Shown here one piece after another: positions 32,003 through 41,528 of a stretch of 64,000 bases of DNA. The DNA is taken from positions 137,086 through 201,085 of the forward strand of contig JBAYFZ010000001.1 of assembly GCA_041666915.1 (NCBI GenBank). Direction: 5' to 3'. Below the pieces are notes generated by a model. It had not been told where the DNA came from. It made no database searches and saw only the letters and a program-made list of their open reading frames with translations. The stretch is from Minisyncoccota bacterium. Its GTDB lineage: Bacteria; Patescibacteriota; Minisyncoccia; Phycocordibacterales; PALSA-1337. The stretch's first letter is position 1. The number at the start of each line of letters is the position of its first letter. A program made the translations under genes and the position numbers.

Positions 32003-32106
32003 TGTCATTTACCGTCCCCTCCGAGGATAAACTTCGGCGGGAATCCAGGATATTACCAATATATTCACGGGTTAGACACTGGATTCCCGCCTTCGCGGGA
32101 ATGACA
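32003..32106. repeat. REP/MITE-like element between and overlapping the transketolase subunits
   Basis: Right arm tggattcccgccttcgcgggaatgaca at 32080-32106; left arm interrupted by an extra hairpin. Confidence 0.85.
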
Positions 32107-32928
32107 CAGTGCAATCTCAATTTCCTCTTTTGTTGTCGGTACTTTTCCATGCCATTCATACTTCCCTTCAAATTCAGGAATTCCTTTTGATGGAATAGTC
32201 TTTGCAATGATAACGGTCGGTTTACCAGAATTCATCTTGGCTGTTTCTATAGCTCTATCAATCTGCAAAAAATCATGCCCATCTATCTCTATAACTTGCC
32301 AACCAAAACTTCGCCATTTTTCTGCTAGAGGATTGAGTGGCATGATTTCATCGGTAGTTCCGCTTATTTGAATGTTATTACGATCTACTATAGCAATGAC
32401 ACTATGGAGTTTTTCTTTGCTTGCGAGCATGATGGCTTCCCAAGAATTACCTTCATCAAGTTCCCCATCGCTCATGAGGCAATAGAATTTTTTTCCAGAA
32501 GTTTTGCCATTGTCTATCCTATCAGCCAAAGCCATGCCTATAGTTTGACCAAGCCCTGAACCGAGTGGGCCAGAAGATGTTTCTAATATTGGTAGCCATT
32601 CTCTATGAGGATGCCCTTGGAGTTTTGAACCGAGTTTACGTAGAGTTTTTAATTCAGAAATTGGAAAATATTTTGCATGCGCGAGAGTTGCATATAAGAC
32701 AGGACAGATGTGACCGTTTGATAATACGACTCGGTCTCGGTATTGCCAATCGGGCTTTTTTGGATCGTGCTTGAGAGCGTAAAAATATAAATAAGTGAAA
32801 ATGTCAGCCATATCTAGCGAGCCAGCGGTATGACCAGACTTGGCTTCAATAAGCATTTCTATGACTGAACGGCGGATTTCCTTGGCTTTCTTTTCAAACA
32901 GAGAAATTTTTGCTTCTGTGAGGGACAT
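32065..32928 (-). CDS. Transketolase N-terminal subunit
   Basis: SGH, DRVVLSNGH, LQGHP, SDGELDEGNSWEA, WHGK; tail CHSREGGNP is repeat-derived. Confidence 0.94.
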   Translation of the reverse strand: MSLTEAKISLFEKKAKEIRRSVIEMLIEAKSGHTAGSLDMADIFTYLYFYALKHDPKKPDWQYRDRVVLSNGHICPVLYATLAHAKYFPISELKTLRKLGSKLQGHPHREWLPILETSSGPLGSGLGQTIGMALADRIDNGKTSGKKFYCLMSDGELDEGNSWEAIMLASKEKLHSVIAIVDRNNIQISGTTDEIMPLNPLAEKWRSFGWQVIEIDGHDFLQIDRAIETAKMNSGKPTVIIAKTIPSKGIPEFEGKYEWHGKVPTTKEEIEIALCHSREGGNPVSNP

Positions 32929-32936
32929 TGGTAGTA

Positions 32937-33617
32937 TTATACCAGAATTTTCTTAAATTTCTGTATCGCCTCAAAAACATTATCCGAATTAAATATAGCC
33001 GATCCTACAACAAGCCTATTTGCCCCAGCTTCTATGAGCATTGGAGCACTTTCCATGGAGACACCTCCGTCAACTGATATTGGAAGCTCTAGATATTTTT
33101 CTCTAATAGTTTTGACCTTTGTCACAACCTCTGGATCAAACTTTTGTCCTTGGAATCCTATCTGATCTATTCCCATACATTGAACAAATTGGATCTGATC
33201 CTTGAAAGTTTCAATAAGATCTATAGGAGTTTCAACATTGAAAGCCAAACCTATCTCGGCTCTATCTTGAAGTTTTGTTATCGCTTCTGCCAAATTCCCC
33301 TTCATTTCAACGTGGAGGATTATGCGAGAAGCGCCAGCGATGACCCATTCATCTACTATTTCTTCAGCTTTATTTGCCATGAGGTCTATTTCAAAATTGA
33401 GTTCTTTCCAACCTGGTAAACCTTCTGCTTCAGTCAAAAGTTTTTTGAAAGTCTCATCGTCTTTCCTGTATGGCCAAGTGGCATTTGGTACAAATTGACC
33501 GTCACAGACATCTATCTGTACAGTTTTGACTAATCCTTGTATGAGCGAGATTTTATCTTCAAGTTCTGCGAAATCACGAGGTAATATTGCAGGGATGATT
33601 TCTAGTTTTTTATTCAT
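32937..33617 (-). CDS. rpe: Ribulose-phosphate 3-epimerase
   Basis: QIDVCDGQFVPN, GFQGQKF, SVDGGV, GANRLVVGSAIF. Confidence 0.92.
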   Translation of the reverse strand: MNKKLEIIPAILPRDFAELEDKISLIQGLVKTVQIDVCDGQFVPNATWPYRKDDETFKKLLTEAEGLPGWKELNFEIDLMANKAEEIVDEWVIAGASRIILHVEMKGNLAEAITKLQDRAEIGLAFNVETPIDLIETFKDQIQFVQCMGIDQIGFQGQKFDPEVVTKVKTIREKYLELPISVDGGVSMESAPMLIEAGANRLVVGSAIFNSDNVFEAIQKFKKILV

Positions 33618-33873
33618 ATAATTGGGAATGGGTGCCTATTACAAGTAATCGGTAATGATTTTCGTTAGATTTTTTATATATTATTCGAATATCACCAGTT
33701 ATATTTATACTTCTGCATCCAGCATATTCACCGTGCAATTGGTGATTATTGAGGATGGGATCGGATTCATTTAGTGTGAATATTTTTAGGCGCTCATGTA
33801 CCTTGGATTTTATCTTTTCTGATAAAACCCCAAATTGTTTTTTGAATTTTGGTGAAAAATCTAAATCAATCAT
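33610..33873 (-). CDS. RelE/YafQ-family mRNA interferase toxin
   Basis: LNNHQLHG..RSINITGDIRIIY..IGTHSQLY. Confidence 0.9.
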   Translation of the reverse strand: MIDLDFSPKFKKQFGVLSEKIKSKVHERLKIFTLNESDPILNNHQLHGEYAGCRSINITGDIRIIYKKSNENHYRLLVIGTHSQLYE

Positions 33874-33896
33874 TCGTAAAGCTTACCAAGCATAAA

Positions 33897-34175
33897 TTAA
33901 GAACGCAATTCTTCCATGAGTTCTTCAACAGAATGTGCTGTTTTAAAGTTACCTTCCGCATATTCTTTTTCTGCTTCAGCAATTGCAGCTTTCAAATAAG
34001 CAGTGGGCTTATAAGAAACAGAAAAATTAACCTCCTTGTTACGCACGAACTGTTTCAAAAAACTGTTTATGAGTGTCCCAAGAGAAATACCAATCTCCTT
34101 GGCGGTCTCTTGTGCGGCCAACTTGAGGTCTTTATCGGTCTTAACCGTTATGAGTGTTTTGGTGTTTGTAGTCAT
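33897..34175 (-). CDS. RelB/DinJ-family antitoxin
   Basis: Ribbon-helix-helix ITVKTDKDLKLAAQ..GISLGTLINSFLKQF; C-terminal SVEELMEEL. Confidence 0.88.
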   Translation of the reverse strand: MTTNTKTLITVKTDKDLKLAAQETAKEIGISLGTLINSFLKQFVRNKEVNFSVSYKPTAYLKAAIAEAEKEYAEGNFKTAHSVEELMEELRS

Positions 34176-34256
34176 ATACTGAAGTATATACTTTGGTATA
34201 GTATCTCGTCAAGTGGTTATTTTGAGCCGTCCTAGAGGTATTGACCTTTTGAAAAA

Positions 34257-34733
34257 TTATTCTATAGCATCAATCTGATCATTTCTTCGCTTGTATTTTT
34301 CTTCTTCACTAAAGGGTGTGTTTAGCCACAATTCAACAGCATTTTTGGTTTGTTCTTCGGTTACGAATCTTGCGCCAACAGAAAGGACGTTGGCATCGTT
34401 ATGTTCGCGAGAAAGTTTGATGACATCAAAGCTAGGTCTTGATGTGTCACCATACCAGACGACTGCTCGCACTCCTGGGAATCTGTTGGCGACCATAGCC
34501 TCTCCTTGTCCTGAACCACCAAAGATGATGGCTTTTGTATTACCTTTCAAGTCCTCTGCTACTTTCATCGCAGCGGCTGTCATGTAAATAGGAAAATCAT
34601 CCTCAGGAATGAGTTCGTGTGCCCCTACATCCAATATTGAATACCCCTTACTTTCTAGGAATGATTTGACCGACTCTTTGAGCGCAAAACCAGCGTGATC
34701 TGATGCGAGGATTATTTGGGGGGTGGTGGGCAT
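34257..34733 (-). CDS. rpiB: Ribose-5-phosphate isomerase B
   Basis: ASDHAGF, GGSGQGEAMVANR, REHNDANVL, RR. Confidence 0.93.
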   Translation of the reverse strand: MPTTPQIILASDHAGFALKESVKSFLESKGYSILDVGAHELIPEDDFPIYMTAAAMKVAEDLKGNTKAIIFGGSGQGEAMVANRFPGVRAVVWYGDTSRPSFDVIKLSREHNDANVLSVGARFVTEEQTKNAVELWLNTPFSEEEKYKRRNDQIDAIE

Positions 34734-34758
34734 GGAGGTTAGTTAATTAATAGTAATC

Positions 34759-35442
34759 TTAATTCAAATTAACTAGATCCCTTGTTACTCTAGGGATCTG
34801 ATTCGTAAAAAAAGCTTTTACTTCCTTCCAACTGGCTTTGAAATTGGTCTCTGGATCTGGATCATTTTCAGCATCTTCAAAATAGACAAGACTTTTCAAA
34901 ATATGACTGACATTTTGTTTTACGGTGTATTGTTGATCAACTCGCCTTATACTCTCCTCAATGGGTAAAATATTCTGACTTAACCAATACATATCAATAA
35001 AATCTCGTTTTCGTCCTCGTTGACTTATAGCGACAACCTTCATGACAGAGATATCTTTGGGAGTTATAACGTTTACAAAACCAATCTTGAGCATATCATC
35101 TGCATTCTTAAAAAATGGATAGTAAATCAGACTCATCTTTGCGCCCAAAAATTCTCCATAAATAGTCCCGGGACTCATTGAGGTTGTTTCCCATTGACCT
35201 AAAGTGCTCAATTGTTCAGCAATCTTCCCTTCATCAAACTTTTGGTTTGTAAAAAAGTCCAAGTCAACTGATTTTCTATGACCAACTTGAAGAGTGAGTG
35301 CTGTTCCACCAGCAAGATACCAACCATTTTCTGCAAATAATGGGATTTCCACGCATCGTAAGAAAGCCCCCTTTGTCTTTTCGGACAACATCTCAAGGTG
35401 TAGACTTTCAATCGATGTCTTTACTGTAGGACTAGTGACCAT
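34759..35442 (-). CDS. AbiEii/AbiGii-family nucleotidyltransferase toxin
   Basis: LAGGTAL, HRKSVDLDFF, MK..A...RGRKRDFID. Confidence 0.9.
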   Translation of the reverse strand: MVTSPTVKTSIESLHLEMLSEKTKGAFLRCVEIPLFAENGWYLAGGTALTLQVGHRKSVDLDFFTNQKFDEGKIAEQLSTLGQWETTSMSPGTIYGEFLGAKMSLIYYPFFKNADDMLKIGFVNVITPKDISVMKVVAISQRGRKRDFIDMYWLSQNILPIEESIRRVDQQYTVKQNVSHILKSLVYFEDAENDPDPETNFKASWKEVKAFFTNQIPRVTRDLVNLN

Positions 35443-35645
35443 AAGTTTTTTGATTTAGATGACAACTGTACACGAGGTAATTCCATAACTTTTTTGATAG
35501 CATCTTTGGAGTATTGTTTAAAAAGCCAACGAACTTCGTCTAATCTTCCATATTCCAATACTCTCTCAATGACATAACGAGCATTTTTATCTAGATCTAT
35601 TTTTGCGGGATTGGTATCCCAAAAGAGTGATTCTCTGAATTTCAT
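35421..35645 (-). CDS. DUF6922-like partner (putative antitoxin)
   Basis: LFWD...ID....YVIERVLEYG; overlaps the AbiEii ORF. Confidence 0.8.
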   Translation of the reverse strand: MKFRESLFWDTNPAKIDLDKNARYVIERVLEYGRLDEVRWLFKQYSKDAIKKVMELPRVQLSSKSKNLWSLVLQ

Positions 35646-35678
35646 ATCTATATTATAGCATATTTTGGGATAAATTTC

Positions 35679-36218
35679 TCATTCAATTTCTTCGTAATTA
35701 TATGATTGATCCACTCCCTTCATGAAAACTTCGCGGTCATCGATTTTATCGGTCAAAGCGGTACGCAAAAGCTCGCGAATCTCTAGGTCATTCACCGGAC
35801 TGCGTTGCATTGCGTTCAAATAGTTGACCTTGTCGATCTTGACCCAATCAACACATTGTTTGAGATTTTTTTTAAACATCAAATCAAGCCAGATCCTCAT
35901 ACTCCGCCCGTTTCCTTCCATAAATGGATGAGCTATATTCATTTCCACATATTTTGCGACGATGTTCTCAAAAGTAATTTCCGACATTTTATCAATCTTT
36001 TTTAAACTTTCTTCCAGATATAAAGAAGAAGCAAATCGAAAGCCCCCTTTGCTTATATCTTTTATGCGAATCTGACCAGCAAAATCGTAAAGCTCCACAA
36101 ATAAATATTGGTGGATTTTTTGTAAACCTCTGGTTGTGCCGACCTCAAAACTTTCAATTTCCTGACTACCGAAAAGTTTTTTGGCTCGTTCTTTGCTGAT
36201 TTGGTCAACATTTGACAT
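35679..36218 (-). CDS. Fic-domain AMPylase, class III-like
   Basis: HPFMEGNGR; C-terminal SYNYEE resembles the (S/T)xxxE(G/N) inhibitory motif. Confidence 0.92.
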   Translation of the reverse strand: MSNVDQISKERAKKLFGSQEIESFEVGTTRGLQKIHQYLFVELYDFAGQIRIKDISKGGFRFASSLYLEESLKKIDKMSEITFENIVAKYVEMNIAHPFMEGNGRSMRIWLDLMFKKNLKQCVDWVKIDKVNYLNAMQRSPVNDLEIRELLRTALTDKIDDREVFMKGVDQSYNYEEIE

Positions 36219-36278
36219 AGTATTATTATACCATTTTTACAGATGTTTTTCCATAATAATTAAGAATTTTTACAGTTT

Positions 36279-37310
36279 TTACACCAACCTCCCTGCTTTT
36301 ACCACATGTTCCACTAATGTATACGTATACCCCATCTCATTGTCATACCAAGCCATTACCTTCACAAGGTTACCATCAACAACGCGAGTGAGTGCTAGAT
36401 CGGCAATAGAAGCATGGCGGTTACCGATAATATCATGAGAAACCAAAGGCTCTTCGGTTGTGGTGAAGATACCATTCCAACGAGGTGTTGAACCGGCTTT
36501 CTTCAAAATATCATTGACCTCTTCGGCGGTAGTATTCTTTTTGGAAATGAAAGTGACATCAACGATAGAACCACAAACTACTGGAACACGAATGGAAATA
36601 CCATCAAACTTGCCTGCGAGTTGAGGAAGGGCTTTTGTAACAGCGATAGCGGCGCCGGTGGAAGAAGGAACGATATTCTGGGCAGCGGCACGACCTTCAC
36701 GGAGATCTTTTTTGTTTGGACCATCAACTAGTCCTTGTGAAGCGGTGTATCCGTGAACGGTATTCAAAATAGCTTTTTCAATTCCAAGAGATTCATCTAG
36801 GATTGCCATGAGAGGACTAGCAGCATTCGTTGTACAGGAAGCGTTTGAAGTGATCTGACAAGTTTCTAATTTATCCTCATTCATAGCCATGAGAATGGTT
36901 GCGCCTTTAACTGTTGAATCTTCTTTGTCTTTGATAGGTGCAGAGACAACTACCCTCTTGGCACCAGCAATGATATGAGCGTTGGCTTTTTCACTTGAAG
37001 TAAATAATCCGGTGGATTCAACTACAACATCAATGTCCATAGCTTTCCAAGGATATTTGGCAGGATCTTTTTCACTTATATAAAGAATTTCCGCACCATC
37101 AATAACGATGGAATTATTTTTTTCATTTACAGAAACATCAAAAGGACTAACGCCGTAAGCTGTGTCGTATTTTAGTAAATAAGCGAAACTTTTTATGTCA
37201 CCAAGGTCATTGATAGCTACAACTTCTATGTCACTACGATCTTTGACAACTTTGACGAAGGCTCTACCGATGCGACCGAAACCATTTATTGCAACACGGA
37301 TTTTTTTCAT
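36279..37310 (-). CDS. gap: Glyceraldehyde-3-phosphate dehydrogenase type I
   Basis: VAINGFGRIGR, SNASCTTN, WYDNEMGY; start moved to MKKIR. Confidence 0.97.
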   Translation of the reverse strand: MKKIRVAINGFGRIGRAFVKVVKDRSDIEVVAINDLGDIKSFAYLLKYDTAYGVSPFDVSVNEKNNSIVIDGAEILYISEKDPAKYPWKAMDIDVVVESTGLFTSSEKANAHIIAGAKRVVVSAPIKDKEDSTVKGATILMAMNEDKLETCQITSNASCTTNAASPLMAILDESLGIEKAILNTVHGYTASQGLVDGPNKKDLREGRAAAQNIVPSSTGAAIAVTKALPQLAGKFDGISIRVPVVCGSIVDVTFISKKNTTAEEVNDILKKAGSTPRWNGIFTTTEEPLVSHDIIGNRHASIADLALTRVVDGNLVKVMAWYDNEMGYTYTLVEHVVKAGRLV

Positions 37311-37478
37311 ATTATGAATATTGTTAGTTAATTGGAATAATTGTATCACGGTCTTGTTGAAATATGCACCCATGTTTTGTGTCTTGTACACAGCCCTGCT
37401 TTGTATAAATTTACCAAAAATTATAGACTTGATACGGAATAATACGAGCACAAAACGTGTTCGAGTCCTTATAATGTT

Positions 37479-37937
37479 ATGAACAATAATAACAGAGACC
37501 GTGGTTTCGCTAGTGAGGCGATGGTTAAACGGGCGTTGACTATTCTTAAGAGAAAGAAAAAGCCTGATATTGCAGAAATTACAGAAATAATTCATGCAAC
37601 TCCGAATTCAAATCTTGATAGGAAAGGGATCGATTTCGTTGTTAAGCTTGAGAATGGATATGATGTTCCGTTACAGGTCAAGAGCTCAAAGAGAGCTCAA
37701 AAGAAATTTGATAAGCGATGTCGGCGGACTGGTGTTTGGATTCCAGTTATTGTAGTTAACATCGGTGTAACTATTGGAAATGTTATTCGTCAGATCATAC
37801 GTAGTATCAAGACAGTTCTTAATACGGCAAGACATGCCATGGACGAACGAATCCATCGGGAAAAAGAGAAAGCGTCAAGGAAGCAGAAGAAAAAAGATTG
37901 GTGTGTCAGACATTTTGCACCGAGTATGTGCCACTAA
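37479..37937 (+). CDS. Hypothetical protein, possible PD-(D/E)XK fold
   Basis: GFASE..DRKGIDFVV..PLQVKSS; TTGATA..TATAAT upstream. Confidence 0.55.
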   Translation: MNNNNRDRGFASEAMVKRALTILKRKKKPDIAEITEIIHATPNSNLDRKGIDFVVKLENGYDVPLQVKSSKRAQKKFDKRCRRTGVWIPVIVVNIGVTIGNVIRQIIRSIKTVLNTARHAMDERIHREKEKASRKQKKKDWCVRHFAPSMCH

Positions 37938-37954
37938 GGTAAGGTAGAGGTTAT

Positions 37955-39022
37955 TTATTTCACAAGTGCGGCCAAATTTGGTCGCACTTTTTTACACATT
38001 TTTTTAATTAAACTAGGACCTTCATATATGATCCCTGTAATAAGTTGAATGAGATCAGCGCCAGCATCAAATTTTCCTTGTGCTAACTCTGATGACATTA
38101 CTCCACCGACTCCGATAATAGTAAAGCGAGAACCGTAAATCTGTTTGGTTTTCCTTATGAGTTCAGTAGAAAGACTGGCACAAGGTTTGCCAGAAAGACC
38201 GCCATGGTAATCTTTTGGAGCCTCGTCACGATAATCTAGTGAATTGTAATCCTTGTTCAAATTACCAATGATCACGCCCTGTAAACCATGTTTATCAATA
38301 ACTTTAAGTAGAGACTCAAACTGTTCCCAAGGAATATTGATGGGCATTTTTATATAGACAGGCTTTTTGCATGGAATAGTATCAAGCTTGGTCAAAAGCC
38401 TTTCCAATAATTCTGGAGTAGTGAAAGCTTCCCCACCAAAAGCGTTTGGGCATGAGATGTTGATGGTGTAATAGTCGCCGACATTTTCTTCATTTAGTCT
38501 TTTGAATGAATACAAATAATCATTCATTCCAGATTCTATATCGGCTGTTTCGGAACAGTTGGTTTTGGCGATGGAGATGCCAGTGACAAAAGGCAGAGCA
38601 CTTCTTATTAGTTGTACTTTTTTTAACCTCTTGATCACCGCATCAACTCCGTCATTTCTCAAACCTTTATTAACAATGATACTTTGAGATTTTGGTAACC
38701 TAGTCAAACGAGGTTTTGGATTACCTTCGCAAGGTTTGGCTGTGACCGAACCGACTTCTTCCCCACCGAGTCCTATTTCTGGAAGAATTTTGCCCAAATG
38801 TCCGTTGTAGTCAAAACCAGCAGATAAAAGAAAAGGTGTTCGGTATTTTATACCATCAACAGTTTTAGAAATATCAGGACCATTGTAACCATAGATGAGG
38901 TTGGTAAGTTTGCGGGTCAAACTGTAGTTACCTAGAAATTCACCAACATAAGTCATGAAATCATGAACATCTTCGGGGTCAAATTTGAAGAATATAGGTT
39001 TTAGGATTGATTTATATAACAT
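37955..39022 (-). CDS. pyrD: Quinone-dependent dihydroorotate dehydrogenase
   Basis: DPEDVH, AGFD, GNPKPRL, INISCPN, GGLSGKP, IIGVGG. Confidence 0.93.
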   Translation of the reverse strand: MLYKSILKPIFFKFDPEDVHDFMTYVGEFLGNYSLTRKLTNLIYGYNGPDISKTVDGIKYRTPFLLSAGFDYNGHLGKILPEIGLGGEEVGSVTAKPCEGNPKPRLTRLPKSQSIIVNKGLRNDGVDAVIKRLKKVQLIRSALPFVTGISIAKTNCSETADIESGMNDYLYSFKRLNEENVGDYYTINISCPNAFGGEAFTTPELLERLLTKLDTIPCKKPVYIKMPINIPWEQFESLLKVIDKHGLQGVIIGNLNKDYNSLDYRDEAPKDYHGGLSGKPCASLSTELIRKTKQIYGSRFTIIGVGGVMSSELAQGKFDAGADLIQLITGIIYEGPSLIKKMCKKVRPNLAALVK

Positions 39023-39093
39023 GGAGATATATTACCATATTCCGACTATGTCGGACCTAGACGAAAAATAGGTTATAATGTAACCAAGTTTTT

Positions 39094-39690
39094 ATGCAAG
39101 AATGGCTCATACAACTTGTCACAGTTCACCCTTACGTTGTTTATGCAATTATAATTGTGACTGCTTGCGCCGAAGGGCCAATCCTGTCACTTATCGGTGG
39201 AGTCTTGATTAAGCTCGGTTATTTCTCTTTTATCCCACTTTATGTGGCTTTGATGGTCGGAGACTTACTTGGTGATGCTCTCTGGTATAATATCGGCCGT
39301 TATTATGGTCATCGTTTCATCAAACGTTTTGGAAAATATTTTGATATTACGGAAGAGTCAGTTATCAAAGTCACTGATATTTTTCATAAATACAAACATC
39401 ACATCCTTTTTATTTCTAAAATAACAAATGGTTTGGGTTTTGCTCTTGTTACTCTCATGACAGCTGGTATGGTTAAGATTCCATTTTGGAGATACATGGC
39501 TATCAATGCTACTGGTCAATTTGTCTGGACAGGATTCTTGATTGGTGTAGGATATTTCTTTGGTAATCTATATGTAACGGTTGAATCTGTTTTGGGAAAA
39601 ATGTTCGTTGTTGCTATGTTTATCTTGGTATTCATTGGATTCCTAAGATACAAGAGGTATTTATCCAAAAAAGCCAAAGCTTTTATATAA
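39094..39690 (+). CDS. DedA family membrane protein
   Basis: GDLLGDALWYNIGR, AGMVKIPFWRY. Confidence 0.9.
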   Translation: MQEWLIQLVTVHPYVVYAIIIVTACAEGPILSLIGGVLIKLGYFSFIPLYVALMVGDLLGDALWYNIGRYYGHRFIKRFGKYFDITEESVIKVTDIFHKYKHHILFISKITNGLGFALVTLMTAGMVKIPFWRYMAINATGQFVWTGFLIGVGYFFGNLYVTVESVLGKMFVVAMFILVFIGFLRYKRYLSKKAKAFI

Positions 39691-39703
39691 TCCTGCTTTC
39701 TAT

Positions 39704-40426
39704 ATGCTTTCTATAATAATCCCAACCTATAACGAGGAGAAGTACATCGGCGAAAGCTTAGAGCAATTCAAGCAAAAGCTTACTTTACCTCACGAAATCA
39801 TCGTATCTGATGACAAAAGTACTGACAAAACAGTTGAGATTGCCAAATCTTTTCAGGATGTGACCGTCCTAGTTCCAGAAAAAAAGCATCAAGCTATCGG
39901 AGCAAATAGAAACGAAGGAGCTCGTACAGCTAAAGGTGATTTTTTCGTTTTCATGGATGGAGATAGTAGAATAGAAAATCCTGATAAATTCTTTAGTACG
40001 ATTTTAGAATATTTTGAGGCTAATAAAAATGTAGTGGCTGTGACTACTTATTTGCAAGTTTTGAAAGAATGTGAGACTTTTACCGATCGTTTTATTTATA
40101 TTATTTTCAATTGGACACATGTTTTAAAAAATAATATCTTTCATACTGGCGAAGCTTCTGGCAAATTCCAGATGATTCGTAAGGAAGCTTTTTTGAAAGT
40201 TAACGGTTACCGCGAGGACCTCGTTTCTCGTGAAGATGCAAACATGTTCCAAAGATTGAGTGAAATAGGTAGAACCATCTGTTTATCCAATCTCAGGGTC
40301 TTCCATTATGGCCGTAGAGCGCATAGAATAGGGTGGCCCAAGCTTTTGTATATTTGGATGACCGAAACCTTGTATGTGGCTATAAATGACAGGTCAATAG
40401 CGAAGGAATGGAAAGATGTTAGATAA
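39704..40426 (+). CDS. Glycosyltransferase family 2
   Basis: SIIIPTYNEE, DDKSTD, DGD, ED. Confidence 0.92.
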   Translation: MLSIIIPTYNEEKYIGESLEQFKQKLTLPHEIIVSDDKSTDKTVEIAKSFQDVTVLVPEKKHQAIGANRNEGARTAKGDFFVFMDGDSRIENPDKFFSTILEYFEANKNVVAVTTYLQVLKECETFTDRFIYIIFNWTHVLKNNIFHTGEASGKFQMIRKEAFLKVNGYREDLVSREDANMFQRLSEIGRTICLSNLRVFHYGRRAHRIGWPKLLYIWMTETLYVAINDRSIAKEWKDVR

Positions 40427-40456
40427 AAATCCGACTACGGCGACCGAGGCAAAAAC

Positions 40457-41176
40457 ATGAAAATATCAATAGTAATACCAGCTTATAATGAAGAGAAAAA
40501 TATTGCAACGACAATAGAGGCTCTTTTGGCTCAAGATTATAAAGATTATGAGATAATTGTTGTTAATAATGCTAGTACTGATAAAACTTACGAAGTTGCC
40601 AGTAAGTTCCCTGTTAAAGTGGTAACTGAGAATAGGAAGGGACTTCTTTGGGCTCGTGAACGAGGGAGGATTGAAGCCGTCGGAGATATTATTGCTAACA
40701 CTGATGCGGATTGTTTGCCAGATAAAACTTGGTTATCAAATGGTTCTTCATATTTTATAGATGAGAAGATTGCCGCAGTTTCTGGACCATATGATTATTA
40801 TGATGCAGATTGGTTTTTCAGAAAGTCCTCATTGTTTTTTCAAAGTGCTATATATCCTATTGCTAATATGTTTTTCCAATTACCTTTCATTCATCGTGGA
40901 GCAACTATCATAGGTGGTAACAATTTCATACGGGCAAGTGCACTAGAAAAAGCCGGCGGTTATGATACTTCTATTACTTTTTATGGTGAAGATACCGATA
41001 CCGCCAAGCGTGTCTCTGCTCATGGTAAGGTCAAGTTCAGTCCAAGTGTTGTCATGAAGACCTCGGCTCGCCGTTTCAAGGCTGAAGGTAAGTTCAATCT
41101 GATGATGAAATATTGGTATCATTTTTTCAAGCATATTTTGTTTGTTAAGCCGGCAAAGAGGGTGGTGAAAAAGTAA
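40457..41176 (+). CDS. Glycosyltransferase family 2
   Basis: SIVIPAYNEE, NNASTD, TDAD, GED, TSARRF. Confidence 0.92.
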   Translation: MKISIVIPAYNEEKNIATTIEALLAQDYKDYEIIVVNNASTDKTYEVASKFPVKVVTENRKGLLWARERGRIEAVGDIIANTDADCLPDKTWLSNGSSYFIDEKIAAVSGPYDYYDADWFFRKSSLFFQSAIYPIANMFFQLPFIHRGATIIGGNNFIRASALEKAGGYDTSITFYGEDTDTAKRVSAHGKVKFSPSVVMKTSARRFKAEGKFNLMMKYWYHFFKHILFVKPAKRVVKK

Positions 41177-41290
41177 GTGAGTCTTTTGATTTTGGTTGAG
41201 CGAATTAAAGACTATTAAGATTAGAGGGGGGGTCGCTTTTACTTTTAAAGAAAAGAACGTCCGCACATATTACTCTTTGAAAATTCTCTC

Positions 41291-41415
41291 TTTCTCATAA
41301 AATAAATGTGACGGATTTTCCGTCACATTTATTTTATGAGAAAAAAGACTCCCTATCCCCTTCCTTTGAATTTCTTGCATATGAAAAAACGTCGAAAAGT
41401 TCGACGTTTTTTCAT
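41291..41415. repeat. Two long perfect hairpins
   Basis: 25-bp arms at 41291-41315 and 41319-41343; 16-bp arms at 41381-41396 and 41400-41415. Confidence 0.85.
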
Positions 41416-41528
41416 TTTTCAGTCTTTTCTGTTAGTCTCTACTTTCCTAGATCCTTATTTGAATTGGAATCTTTCACCTCTTAATTAATTCCATTAAATC
41501 CACCAACCTTTGAATAGGTTTTCAACTA

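Noticed and set aside
31992-32207. N-terminal extension of the transketolase C subunit in the ORF track
   Set aside because: Reads through the palindromic repeat (VIPAKAGI) and overlaps the upstream gene; similar over-extended starts were trimmed for the PrsW gene, gap, rplU and 49825-50694
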